Assembly (NCBI RefSeq): GCF_009914755.1
Contig: NC_060926.1
Direction: 5' to 3' (one strand)
Source of the DNA: the human T2T-CHM13v2.0 reference genome, Homo sapiens
Length of the DNA: 64,000 bases
Positions 1 through 13,550 of the stretch are shown in pieces; position 1 is the first letter of the stretch, and each line of letters opens with the position of its first letter. Both the position numbers and the translations under genes were made by a program. The notes below the pieces were generated by a model. That model was not told the DNA's origin. It searched no databases and was given only the letters and a program-made list of their open reading frames with translations.

Positions 1-2345
1 CCCTCTGGCAGGCTTTTCCTCCGGGATCTCAGGACTTGCTCCCAGAGAAAGTCAGGCAGAATCCTGAGAATGCTTCCCTTTCGAGATTGCTGGTGGATGC
101 AGGATACAGGAGTCATTATTGAGATCTGCCCACACCCATTTGCCTATTTTCTCTACAGAACAAAAATCTTAATAAATCTTGATTAATTAAAAGGCAACAA
201 AAATAGTTGCCTGTAGGCACTGGAGAAAACCCTCATCAGCTGGGAGAAGGGACCAGGAAAAAAAAAAACTACTTATGGAAGAGGGACAGGAATACATGCT
301 ATAGCCACCAGCTTCTGGGAAATGGATGGAAAAACTTGAAAAAGCCACACCCTCAGGAACCAGATTCACAGTGACTGCCCAGAGCAAAGGCTTAGTCATA
401 ACATCAGACAAGGTATCACCTTTGCCTCTCACATCGTACTAACAAGCACTGAGTGCACACGAAGGAAAATAGAACTGAGCGCCATGAGAGAAAAATATCC
501 TCTCTGCTATGCAGCACATAGTGAAAATACAAAGCTAAACATGTAGACCTAGAGCCACAATTGGGGTCAGCATTGAGAAAAAATGCTGTGGTTTATTAGC
601 TCACACACCAACTGCATTTTACTGGTGGAACGTGAAGCCCCTGGTGCACTGAGGGCAACAAAAGAAACAACAAATATCAAACCAAGCCCAACTCCCAACT
701 AGATTAACACAACCCACTCCACATTGAAAACCTAGCAGACAAAGTTGTACCCACCTTCCAACATTAAAACATTGTCTTAGGTATACGATACGTCTGACTT
801 TGAAAAACAACAGAAACAACAGGTTAAGGTACATGCCAGAAGGCAAGAAAAAGCAAGAGGTAAAGCGATAGTCAGAACCAGACTCGCCTGATGAGACACA
901 AACTTTTGCAGACTTTTCCTCTATTAATCTCTTCAGACTCTATAGGAAAAGGAAGATCCAGCTCTGTCAGTAAAAACAACATAAAAGTCAAATAGAGAAT
1001 TTCAGTAAAGAGACAAAAGCTATAAGAAAGAATCAAATGAAAACGTTAACAATCTAAAACACAGTCATGGAGATGAAAAATGACTTAAACAGGCCAATCA
1101 GTACACTCAACATAGCTAAGGAAACTGTCAACAAACTGAAAAAGTTGAATGGAAACTACTCAACTAAAAAAAAGTGAAAAATGAGAAAAAGAAAAGAACA
1201 ATAGCAATGACAAAACAATAGAACATCAAGGGCTATGAACCACATTAAAAGATCTACTCATCAGAACCTCATAAAGAGAAGAGAGACTGTGAAAGAAGAA
1301 ATATTGAAGAAATATTTCCCAAGATTTTTCCAAAGTTAGTGACAGACACCAAACCACAGACCCTAAGAGCTCACAGAGAGCAAACAGCATAAAAACCAAA
1401 TAAGCCACAACTAGGCAAATGATATTCAAACTGCTGCAAACTGAAGACAAAAGAAAATCTTGAAGACAGATAGAGAAAAAAGGCACATTACCTACAGAGG
1501 AAAATAAAATTAATTATTTCAGACTTATCATTAGTAACCATGCAAGCAAGAAGCCAATGGCACATCTTCAAAGTCTGGGAGAAATAAACTGCCAAACCAT
1601 AATTCTATACTCAATGAAAATAAACTTCAAAAGTGAAGAAGAAATAATTATTTCTCAGATAAATAGAAACTGAGGTAATTCATTGCCAACTGACATACTT
1701 TATAAGCAACATTGAAAAAAAAAAACTTCAAGCAGAAACATGGAAATACACAAGGAAATAAATAGTATAAGGAATGGAATAAATGGAGATGAAATAAGTT
1801 TTTTCTTACTTTACATTTCCTTGAAAGATAACTAATGTTTAAAGTAAATAGTGGAAGTGAATTATGTATTTATGATATATATAATATAAAAGTTAAATAT
1901 ACAAGAACAAAGTTATAAGAAGTAGATGAGAGGAATTGGGAATATAGTGATATAAGATGGTCTAATTATATGGTAAATTGCATAATATTATTTGGGGGGT
2001 AGAATAGCATTATTTTAAATATATAATGCAATTTTTAGAAAGGAGCATAAGTCAATAGAAGACATAAAATTTTAAAAATGCTCAAATGAGTCCAAGGAAG
2101 GAAGAAATAAAAGAAAAATAAACAAAGAACAAATGGAACCAATAGAAAATATATGCAAAGATGATAGGTTTAATTAGGCATAAAAATAATCACTTTAAAA
2201 TTAGTGATTTCAATATGCTATTTAAAAGATACATTATTAGATTAGATTATTTTAAAAAAGAAACCTCATGTATCTGTATCTATATCTATCTGTTATCTAT
2301 CTATCTACATAGTCTACAAGAAACACACTTTAAATATAGAAAGTA
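1..2345 (+). mobile_element. Ancient L1 (L1M-type): 5' region, decayed ORF1, inter-ORF and start of ORF2
   Basis: A-rich + strand with L1 ORF1-like motifs (e.g. ccatgcaagcaagaagccaatgg, aattctatactcaatgaaaataaacttcaaaagtgaagaagaaata) and an ORF2 endonuclease-start motif (tctacaagaaacacactttaaatataga). No open frame. Confidence 0.75.
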
Positions 2346-5300
2346 AGAGACAAAAATAAACAGAATTGGCAGGAGTTATAGAGAGAAAACTGCAAGTAAA
2401 TCTTAGAAATAAGAGAAAGCAAGACAAGCTAGACCCTAGAATAGCATGCGACTATCACTTGTATCACTTCTCTGCTAAAATTATTTAACAGATTGCTAAA
2501 TTCCATATAAAATGTAGAAAATTAGAAAAAGCATCATTCTTATCATCATTTTTTGCCAAAGAAAAACCTGAAAAATGTGAAAATTTGCAATTTATTTTTA
2601 ATCCATCAGAGAGCCAAGGTCACAGGACAACGAGTTAACTTGAAAGCTAAAGAAAGACAGGAACCTTCAAATAGAAACAGGATGTAATCACTTACTTACC
2701 TGAGGCGGACACTGCTAGACACCAGAAATAATAATTCAGCTAATGATTTTAATGAATTGTTTGATACAGTGCATGGGCTAGTGAGAGAATATAGAATCCC
2801 TAGGTTCTGTAAACACAAGAGGTATTTATACCCACTTGAAGGCTCTCCTTCATGATTCTAACTGAATGCTCACCAAAAAAAAAAAAAAAGAATAAATAAA
2901 TAAATAAAATAAATGGGAGAAGGAGGAGTGCAGAAAAATCATCCCTCATGGCACAGGCCTTGGGTAGGGGAATAGAAGTAGTCATGAGAAAGGCACAAAT
3001 ACCTGTCTACATCCCCTATTCCTCTTACAGTACAAAGATTGAACTATACTGGAAGGGAAAAAATAAATAAATAAAACTCTTGACATTATCAAATTATAGA
3101 AAGCCTAGTACAGGTGGGAGTAGAGAGTGAAAAACAATCTTCTATCATAAAAGAAGTAAAGAAATAAGTGCTAGACCCAGCCATAAAACTGAGAGTACAA
3201 AAGGATCATTGAGAAGGCACAAATCCCAAGAACCATGGAGACAGCATGTTCCTAATACTAAGGCGATAATTTCCACCACAACACCACATCAAACTAACAA
3301 AAATGAAGCAACAAGTAATATTGATATAATGCTGGCATAAAGCAAAAAGGATGTACACTTGCTTTTTTTTTTCTGAGATACAGCATAAAAGAAATAACTA
3401 AAAGTGAAAGTTGAACAGACTTAGAGAAAAATCATCTGGCAAACCAGGGCCCTGCCCCACTGAAGAATGTGCGAAAAGAGTTTCAAGGCTGTAGCACAGT
3501 GTAAGTAACCATAGCAACAACAAATTTCAACCCAGTTCAGCTCATGAATAGACTTGGCCCCTTACATAAAAGGTCTAGCATAAGGAGAGACATGCCAGTT
3601 TTTAGGTATAAACATGATTTATCTTATTCTCTACAGAACTATACAAGATATCCAACTTTCAGCAAAAAAGTATGAGGCATAAAAACAACCAAGGGAAAAA
3701 AAATACAATATCAAGAGATTAAGAAACCAACACACCAAAAGAGATATGACACTAATGTTAGAAATATCATAAAGGAAATTTAAATAACTAAGATTTATAT
3801 GTTAAAAGCCCTAAGGAAAAAGTATTTCACAACAAATAACAGGTGGGTTACATAAGCCGAGAGATAAAACTCTAAAGAATGAACCAAAGGAAATTCTAGA
3901 AGTTAAAGAAAGTATTTTATAGTGTCATTAGTAGATTTGGGACAGATAAGGAAATAATCAGTAAAACTGAGTATCCAGCAATAGAAATGATACAAATAGA
4001 AACACAAAAAAAAACAGAAAAAAAAATAAAAGTACAGACCATCCAAAAGTGATGGGATAGTATGTCAAATGATGTAACATATGTGTAATTGGAATCTAAG
4101 TAGGGGAAGATAGTGAAGAAATATTTGAAGAAATAATCAAACATTTTCCAAAATTATGACCAAACCATAGATCTAAAATGCTCGGAGAATAATAAGCCAA
4201 TAAAGAACAAAATAAAAACATGCTTAAACAGAAAACATCTACACATATTATTTTCAAACTACTGAAAACTCAATACAGATAAAATCTAAAAAGCAGTCAT
4301 AGAAAATAAAAACATTACCTACAGATAAACAAGGAAAAGAATTACAGCTGACTTACCTTCAGGAACTATGCAAGCCAGAGGAAAATGGAGGGACATCTCT
4401 AAAGTGTCAAAAGGGCGAAAATGTTAATTCAGAATTCTATATCTAGCCAAGATGTCTTTTAATTCAGAAAGAAAAATAAACATTTCCACAGTAAAACAAA
4501 AGTGAAAGACTTCGTTGCTCTTAGACCTGTGGCTACAAGAAATATGCAAGGAAGTTCTTCAATCAACAACAATTACAATACTACAGATAATTTAGATCTA
4601 TACAAATTGGTGTATGATGCTATAAATAAAATAAACGAAGATAAATATAAAATTTATTTTGTTCTTAACAACTCTAAAAAACAACTGACAGCCTAAAGCC
4701 AAAATAGTAGCAATGTATTTTGTGATTATAACATCTGTAAAAGTAAAAAGGTATGACAAAAATAGCATAAAGGATATGATTTAAGAATTGAGAGTATATT
4801 AGTAAAAGATATGTTGCACAACAAATAAGATGGCATAATATTTTTGAAGGTATACTCCAATTACCTAAATTTTAAACCCTAGGTAAATTTTTAAAACAAT
4901 TTCAAAAGGATATATAAATATTAAGCCAATAATGGATATAAAATTGAATCATAAAAATAAGCAATCTAAACAAAGGCAAAAAGGGGAAAAAGAAAACAAA
5001 ATACAATAAAAAATTAGAAGAAGATGTTAACATATTAATTTAACCTATATCTTATTAAGATATAATAAGGTAGAAGGTTTTAATCCAAATTTATCAATAA
5101 TTACATTAAATAGAAATGGTATAAGCAATTTATTTAAAAAGAGACTGGTAAAATGAATTGACAAAAGACTAACTGTCTGCAACAAACACATTTTAAATAT
5201 AAATACAAAAATACGTTAAAAATATAAGTATAGAAAGATAGGTACCATGTAAAAAGTAACCAGAAGAAAGCTGGAGAAGCTAGAGAAGCTATATTAATAT

Positions 5301-6432
5301 TTAAGAATATTAACAAAGGTAAAGAGGACCACTATGTAATCACAGAGAGGTTAATTATCAAAGAAATATAAACGTCCTAAACGTCTGTATACCTAAAAAG
5401 AAGATTTTAATATGGATTAGGCAAAAACTGATAGATCTGAAAGGAGAAGCAAACAAATCCACACATATTAGTGGAGATTCTGATACTTATATCTCAGAAT
5501 ATAAGTACACTTATATATACTTATTCTGATACTTATAAAATCAAGTAGACAGAAAATCTGTAAGAATATAGATAGAGGAAGATAGATCAGATGGCCAGAA
5601 CAGCACTGGCAATCAACTTGAATTAACTGATATTTACAGAACATCCTCCAAAAAGCAGAATACAATTTTTTTCAAGATCACATGGAACATTCCCCAGTTT
5701 ACACCATAATCTGGGCACAAAAAAAGCAAATCTTAACAAATTGGATGAAATTTAAATTGTACAAAATATGTTCATATATTATAGAATTAAGAAGAAATCA
5801 AGGTATCTTCAAATATTTGAAAATTAAATAGTACATTTCTAGCCAATGGCTCAAAGAACAAATTACAAGAAAAATTAGAAAATGGTTTAAAATGAATGAA
5901 AATGAAAATAAAATATAACAAAATGCATGCTGCATGGAATGCTGCTGAAACAGTCGTTGGAGAAAATTTTATAGCATTAAGTCTTCATATTATAAAAGAA
6001 AAGATCCCAAATCAATGATTAGGGTACCTTAAGAAACTTTGAAAAATCAAATTAAATTGAAAATAAGCAGAAGAAAGTAAATAATAACAATATTACCACA
6101 AATTGATGAAATTGAGAACTTTCTTTCTTCCCTAAAATAGAGATAATCAATAAAACCAAGAGCAGGACCTTTGAAAAAAAATAATTACATTGATAAACCT
6201 CTACCTAGACTAACCAAAAATAAAGAAAACATGAATTTAAAGTATCAGAAATGAAAGAAGCACATCATGGCAAATTCTACAGACCAACTAAAAAGGATAA
6301 CGAACTACTACAAACTCTATACTCATGAATTTGACATGTTAAATGAACTGGAAAAGTGCTTTGAAATACTAAACTCATTCAAGAAGACACAAACATCTTG
6401 GATAGTAAAATATTTATTAAAGAAATTAAATA

Positions 6433-6745
6433 GGCTGGGAGTGGTGGTTTGCACATGAAACCCCAGCAATTTGGGAGGCCAAGGTGGGAGGATCACTTGA
6501 GCCCAGGGGTTTGAGATCATCCTGGTCCACATAGCAAGACCCCATTGTTACAAATAATAAAAATATTAGCTGAGTGTGGTGGCATGTGCCTGTGGTCCCA
6601 GTCACTCCAGAGGCTGAGGTGGGGGATGCTTGGGCCTGGGAGGTTGAGGCTACAGTGAGCCATGTTTGCATCACTGTACTCCAGCCTGAGTGACAGCAAG
6701 ACTCTGTCTTTAAAAAAAAAAAAAAGGAAAGAAAAGAAAAAAATT
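6433..6745 (+). mobile_element. Alu (AluJ-like)
   Basis: ggctgggagtggtgg...gatcacttgagcccagg...gactctgtct followed by an A tail; dimeric structure. Confidence 0.93.
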
Positions 6746-7327
6746 ACATTTATAGGAAAGACATTCAGCAAAGAAAATTTCACAGACTGTTAGTTTTACT
6801 GTTGAATTCTTCCACACATTTAAGAAGTAAAAAGTACAAATCCTATGAAAATATTTCAGAATATATAAAGTAAGGGCCGTTTCACAACTATTTTATTAGC
6901 TCATTTGGTATTACGTTACCAAGATACCAAATGAGACAATGACAGTACAAGAAAAAGAAAACTAAAGAATAGTATCCCACATGAACATTAGTGCAAAAAT
7001 TCTCGACAACATACTAGCAAACCAATTTCAACAATTCATAAAAGGGATAATACATCATCACCAAGTGTGACTTATGAATGTAAGTCTGGATCAACATGCA
7101 AAATTAGATCAATGTAATTCACCCTGTTAACAGAAAAATAAACCAATAGATCTATAGATATAGAAAAAGTCTTTGACAACATACACATCCATTTGTGATA
7201 AAAACTCTAAGCATACTGGGAATAAAAGGGATCTTCCTCAACTTCCTAAAGAACATCTACAAAATAACCTACACTTAAAGTCATACACAATGATGAAGTA
7301 TTAAATGCTTTTCTCTGAAAATAATAA

Positions 7328-7675
<348 letters not shown>

Positions 7676-8370
7676 TAACAGAAGATCTTGGTCAGCAAAA
7701 TAAAGCAAGAAAAAGAAATAAAAGACATATAGGTTCACAAAAGAAGAACTAAAACTGTTTCTGTATGTAGAACTAACAAGTGGCTTTACCAAGGTCCCAG
7801 GAAACAATACATATCAATGTGCCAATATTCTATATATGATTTCACACATGGTTGACAAGTTGAATCTAGAATTTATATGGAAAAGAAACTAGAATTGTCA
7901 AAAGCTATTCAGGAAAAGAAGAGTTAGTGTACTCCTGCTACCTGGTATTATAAAGTTGTGGTGATAAAAATGGTGTTATTGAAGAAAAGATCGAACAGAA
8001 CAGAGTACCCAGAGTTATACCACACATCTATTGTGATTTTATCTTTAACAAAGGTAGAAAGACAATTTACTGAAGAAAGAATTGTGCTTTCAACAAATTA
8101 TGCTGGAATAATTGAATATCTATGCCAAAGTAATTAAAAAGAAAGAAACTCTGAGCCATGTGTTTACATCTCACTGAAAAATTATATTAAAATTGTCATG
8201 ACCTAAATGTAAAGTCTATGAAACTTCTAGAAGAAGACATAGACAATCGACATAACCTTGAATTCTGAAAAGTGTTGTTAGATACTATGCCAAAAATGTA
8301 ATCGAGTAAACAATATATAAATTGAATTTCATCAAAATTAAAAACTTATGATGTTCAAAAGATACTTTTT

Positions 8371-8468
8371 AAAAACAGGCTCTTGCTCTGTCACCCAGGC
8401 TGGAGTACAGTGGTGCAATAGCTCACTGCAGCCTCAACCCCCTGGGCTCAAGTGATGCTTCCACTTCA
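8371..8468 (-). mobile_element. 5'-truncated Alu fragment (right arm)
   Basis: cttgctctgtcacccaggctggagtacagtgg...ctcaagtgatgcttccacttcag, flanked by imperfect direct repeats aaaagatactttt / aaaagacactctt. Confidence 0.85.
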
Positions 8469-8529
8469 GAAAAAGACACTCTTAAAAGGGTGAAAATAAT
8501 AAGATACCAAGGAAAAGATAATGGGTCTA

Positions 8530-8755
8530 AAGTGATCAAAGGCTTGAGAAGCAGCTTCTTGATTCCCTTGCCCTGTTGCGCCTCTGCCGTCACCATGAGA
8601 AGAGCTTGCTCCAACTAACCTACCGGCTTCCAGAAGGGGATAATAGATGCACAGAGCAGAGTTTAACCCAGAGTAGTCAATCCACAGACCCATGAGAAAA
8701 AGTATCTGTTTTAAACAATTTTGTTTGGGTGTATTTTATTGAACAGCATATTTTT
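8530..8755 (+). mobile_element. MaLR LTR fragment (MLT1-type, 3' part)
   Basis: cctctgccgtcaccatgagaagagc...ccacagacccatgagaaaa...tgttttaaac resembles recalled MLT1 3' ends. Confidence 0.55.
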
Positions 8756-9423
8756 TGTTAAACCTTAAAGGCAGGGAAACAACACTTTCTGGGAAGTAAG
8801 ATTTAGGGTGGAACACTCCACTGTGTTTGAGTTAGAAATACCTACCTTAGAATTCTGGCTCCACTTCTATTTGACCATAAGTAAGTTTTTAAAATTATTT
8901 TATCCTTTGTTTCTTTGTCTGTTAAAATTGGACACTATCATAGAATTATGTATTATATATTACTTATGTGTAACAGCCCAGTCTGCTATAGGTGAGATTT
9001 ATGTTTAAGATTTCACCTAGAATAGAGTGGGATCTTATACATAAGATATATTGCTTTATATTGGCAAGATTTAAAAGGACAAGAGAGTCCTTTGGATTTT
9101 ATTAATACTATTGATAAATAAGGAAAAGAAGGAGAACCAGGAGTTTGTTGGCTTAACTTCAAATTGGATTTCTGACTAGCTCCCAGTAGAAGGTCAGAAC
9201 AAATCTTTGTCAACGCAGGGTAATGTGAAATCATTCATGTATTAGTTATTTTAAAAAAGCAAGTTATCAAAGCAGTATAAATCAAAAGTGGCAGCTCCTC
9301 CCATGGAGCTGAACGTATTGACTTGCGGTAGCCACTGGTAGCCACGGCCCGATAGCACAACACTTGGCTTTCTTACTCTCATGCTGCCATTAAGCACGTT
9401 GAAAACACTGACAACCTAATGAG

Positions 9424-9708
9424 GCATTTCCCAAAATGTGATCTATGGAATAATATTTTCTTCGAATGTTACTAGATGAATCATGGGGAAAAATGTGTTC
9501 CATATTCAAAGTTGTTTTAAAACTTTGGGGCTAAACAAAATTCCGTCTTTACTACATTAACACATTTGTGCATCTCCAGAAAAGCAAGATAAAGAAAGAC
9601 ACTGCATGCAGTGTACAGAATTACCCACACTCGCTGACCACAAACACGTATTCACTAAGAGGCATCTTGTGGCACTGCATCTTAGAGAACATATCTAGGT
9701 AAATGCTG
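9424..9708. mobile_element. hAT-Charlie non-autonomous DNA transposon (MER102/MER103-like)
   Basis: Degenerate terminal inverted repeats (gcatttcccaaaatgtg ... catatctaggtaaatgctg) and internal similarity to the recalled consensus. Confidence 0.55.
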
Positions 9709-9721
9709 AGTTTCTAAAAAT

Positions 9722-9870
9722 ATCTGCCATGATTGTAAGTTTCCTGAGGCCTCCCCAGCCATGCTTCTTGTATAGCCTGTGGAACTGTGAGTTAACTAAA
9801 CCTCTTTTCTTTATAAATTAACCAGTCTTATGTAGTTCATTATAGCAATGCAAGAATGTACTATAATACA
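9722..9870 (+). mobile_element. MaLR LTR 3' fragment (MST-type)
   Basis: gccatgattgtaagtttcctgaggcctccccagccatgct...aaacctcttttctttataaatt...taataca. Confidence 0.85.
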
Positions 9871-9874
9871 AGCA

Positions 9875-11565
9875 GCCAGAGAAAATAGACACATTATGAA
9901 CAGAACAAGTGTGAGAATGATAGATGGTTTCTCATTGGAAATAAGGCATGGCAGAAGACAGTGGAGCACCATCTTCAAAGTAATAGATTAAAAAGTCAAC
10001 CTAGAATACAATACCTAGTAAAAAAATTTTTTTAAATAAAGAGGTTTTACAGTGGAAAACCTGAGAAAATATATCACTCTTAGAACTGCACCCAAGAAAT
10101 GTTAAATGAAGACCTTGAGATTGAAGGGAAAATAGAAACAGATCTCCCAGAAATAACAAAGAGCAATAGAAATGTTCAATGCATACATAAATACAAAAAG
10201 CTATTTTTCTTATATATTGTTAATAAATTTTATTGAGTGAGAATTAGCTATTTAAAGCAAACATAACAAAAAAAAGAAATATACTACTGATACAAGCAAC
10301 ATGTTTGAGACTCAAAATCGTGCTAAGTATAAGAAGCCAGATCTCCCTCCAAATTGCCTGTTTCCATTTATATGAAATTCTCATGAACATACATACAAAA
10401 TTGCTACTGAACATAAAAACAAAATATTAGCACACTGGATCCAACAATGCATAGAAAGAATTATTCACCACAATCAAGTGGGATTTGTCCCAGGTGTTCA
10501 AGGCTGGTTTAACATTCAAAAATCTATTAATATAACCAATTACATTCAAAGGCTAAAGAAGAACAATTATATGATCAGTAAAAGAAAGCATTTGACAAGA
10601 TTCAACATGCATTCATAACATGAACTCTCAGCAAGGTAGAATATGGGAACCTTTGTTCCCTTGATAAAGAACATCTGCAGAAAAGCCACAGCTAAGACTA
10701 TACTTAATGGTGAGAAACTGGATGTTTTCTGCCTAAGAAGGGAACAAAACAAGGATGTTGCCTCTCACCACTTCGATCAACATTGTCCTGGAAGTCTTGT
10801 CTAATGCAATAAGATAATAGAAGAAAATAAAAGGTGTACAGATTAAGAAAGAAGAAATAAAACTATCTTTGTTTATGGATGACATGATTGTTTATGTAGT
10901 AAATCTCAAAGAAATAACAAAAATAAAACCCATCTGGAAGTAATAAGCAATTATCGCAAGGTTGCAAGATACAAAGTTAATATTAAAACATCTATTTCTC
11001 TTATGCCAGCAATGAAGAACTGCACTTGAAATTTAAAATACAATACCTTTTACATTAGCATCAAAAAATACTTAGGTATAAACCTAACAAAATATATACA
11101 ATGATCTGTTTAAGGAAGTCTACAAAATTCTGATGAAAGAAATTAAAGATGTAAATAAATTAAGAGATAGTTGATATTCACATACAGAGAGACTCAATTT
11201 GCTTAAGATGTCAGTTCTTCCCAACCTGATGTATAGACTCAAAGCAGTCACAATCAAAACCACAGCAAGTTATTTTGTGGATATCAAAAAACTAATCTTA
11301 AAGTTTATATGGAAAGATAAAACACAATACAATATAGAAAATATCTTTATATCTGGAAAGATAGAAGCCAACACAATACAGAATCACAAAGCTAGATAAC
11401 TAATACTACCTGACTTCAAACCTTCTTATAAAGCTGCAGTAGTCAAGACACTGTGATATTGGTGTCTCGTTTACTTACACAAAAACACATATATGTCAAA
11501 ATTCATCATTTTGTCCACTTAAAATATGTGCACTTCAGTATAAGTCAATTATACTTTAGCAAAAC
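9875..11565 (+). mobile_element. Composite of old L1 fragments (ORF1 end, ORF2 RT region, 3' tail)
   Basis: RT-region motifs (gtttatggatgacatgattgt, a decayed FADD-type motif); ORF 11199-11399 resembles L1 ORF2 (MSVLPNLMYRLKAVTIK). Confidence 0.8.
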
Positions 11566-12429
11566 TGGAAGAAAGAATATCATAAAGCATATTACCCAAG
11601 TATGTGAAACAGAGACAAGAAGCAGGAAGGCCACTGAAATTAAACATATATTGTCCCTCTGGCCTTGAGCAGGAAGAATATTTACATAAAAGAAAAGAAA
11701 ATATTTTACCCCAAAAGGTCTTTCAGTAAAGCAATAATTTTAGACATGATATGTGAAAGAAATGAAATGAAAAGAAACTGGAAGCCAAAATAATGAAGGA
11801 CAGTAGAGCTACAGTAGAAATAACACCACCGATAAGCCACATCTCATCTGTGACCCAGCCCCTAGACTGGAGAAAAATACTGGATACCATTGAGATGAGG
11901 TAGAAAAGAATAGAGTCATGGAAATGCCTGTGACTTAAAGCAATTTCTTATGAGACAAATCGGCCGTGAGAATGCCAAAGATGAGAGGAAAGATACTCCT
12001 GGGACAGGGAAGTAAACTATTTTCTGAACGTATGTTTGCAACACGGCATCTAAAACAAAAGTCATTCAAATACCACTTCAATGTTGTTTAATCATTCATG
12101 TTTCTTTCTTGTTTAATTAATGGTATCCTTGCATCCTCAATTTGATTTTTCAGCTACGCCTGGTTAAATATTGGGTTTACTTCTTAGGTTGACTCATATT
12201 CGTGTCTGGCACCACTGTTTGCAAGACTATGTCAGGCTGAGCTCAGTGGCCTCAGCATCTTCCTTCAGAGAGAGGCTCCTAAAATCACTTCACATAAAAT
12301 GAAATAATGAGACAATGTAAGCCAGCAGAGAGAACACAATCTTAAGAGATAGAAAGACTTAGGAAATAGAAATAAAAAGGAGATAGAATTCCAATTCCAG
12401 CATAGTATTTATCAACTATGATATTTGGA

Positions 12430-13365
12430 GTATCAGTTAGGGCTTCAGCAGAAAACAGATTCTACCTCAAATGTCTCAGACACTTTAATAAAATGTAACC
12501 TACAGAATATGGGCTAAGATATGGAAAACCGGGAATGTTGAGGCATCCAGAGACTATGAAAATGTGGAAGTCATTATCAACCCTAGGCCTAAAGGACCAG
12601 GGAAAGAATTGCTGTTATCAGGGCCTATCAAGACCTGGAGTCACCAAGAGTGACAGTTGCTGAAGTCATGGGGAGAGGCAGCAACTGGTGGAACCTTGGC
12701 CAAAAGTAGGAAAGGAGGTTGAATAATACCAAATACTCCTTCCACCCTCTGACGTCCTGCCAGTAACTCCCACTGACCAAGCCAAGTGGAAACTAGCTGG
12801 TGTGGAAGTCCAGGTGTCTCAGCTCATAGCAACTAGCCTCCTGGGGTACAGAGCAAGACGGAGAAGGGCAGAAATAGATATAGTGGTGGTAAGGGGGTTC
12901 TCTAGAGGGACAGAACTAATATATATATATGTGTGTGTGTATGTATATATATATAAAGGGAAGTTTTTTAAGTGTTAACTTACACAATCACAAGGTCCCA
13001 CAGTAGGCTGTCTGCAAGCTTGAGGAGCAGGCAGAGCCAGTCCAAGTCTCAAAACTGAAGAACTTGGAGTCCGATGTTCAAGATCAGGAAGCATCCAGCA
13101 CAGGAGAAAGAGGTAGGCTGGGAGGCTCGGCTAGTCTCTCCTTTTCACATTTTTCTGCCTGCTTTACATTCTCTGGCGGCTGATTAGATGGTGCCCACCA
13201 AATTAAGGGTGGGTCTGCCTTCCCCAGCCCACTGACTCAAATGTTCATCTCCTTTGGCGACATCCTCACAGACATACCCAGGATCAATCCTTTGCATCCT
13301 TCAGTCCAATCAAGTTGACATTCAGTATTATCCATCACAGGGGAGTATAAAAAATAACAAACACA
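12430..13365 (-). mobile_element. Old ERVL LTR (LTR33-like), interrupted by MLT2A
   Basis: tcctgccagtaactcccactgaccaagccaagtggaaactagctgg...gcctcctggggtacagagcaagacggagaagggcaga; resumes briefly after 13339. Confidence 0.6.
12885..13339 (-). mobile_element. HERV-L solo LTR, MLT2A (A1/A2)
   Basis: gggttctctagagggacagaactaat(TA/TG)n...aactgaagaacttggagtccgatgttc...caatcaagttgacattcagtattatccatcaca matches the reverse complement of MLT2A. Confidence 0.9.
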
Positions 13366-13369
13366 TTTG

Positions 13370-13550
13370 TTAGTCATTTGGAGTTAGTGTCCTAAATTAT
13401 CTGAACCTCGATTCTTTCATGTGTAGAAAGTGGATCAGAGCACCTATCTCACAGGCTTTTTAAAAAAGAATAAATGAGCTTTGCAGTATAAAGCATTTAG
13501 CACATTGTGGGTCTCGTAGAAATGATTCGGCAAATGTTGGTTTCCTTCTT
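13370..13550 (+). mobile_element. MIR remnant
   Basis: tctgaacctcgattctttcatgtgtagaaag...acctatctcacagg...ataaatgag...aaagcatttagcaca. Confidence 0.6.

Noticed and set aside
640-3700. Similarity between ~640-860 and ~3500-3700 suggesting a local duplication
   Set aside because: Better explained by two related old L1 5' regions; identity is low.
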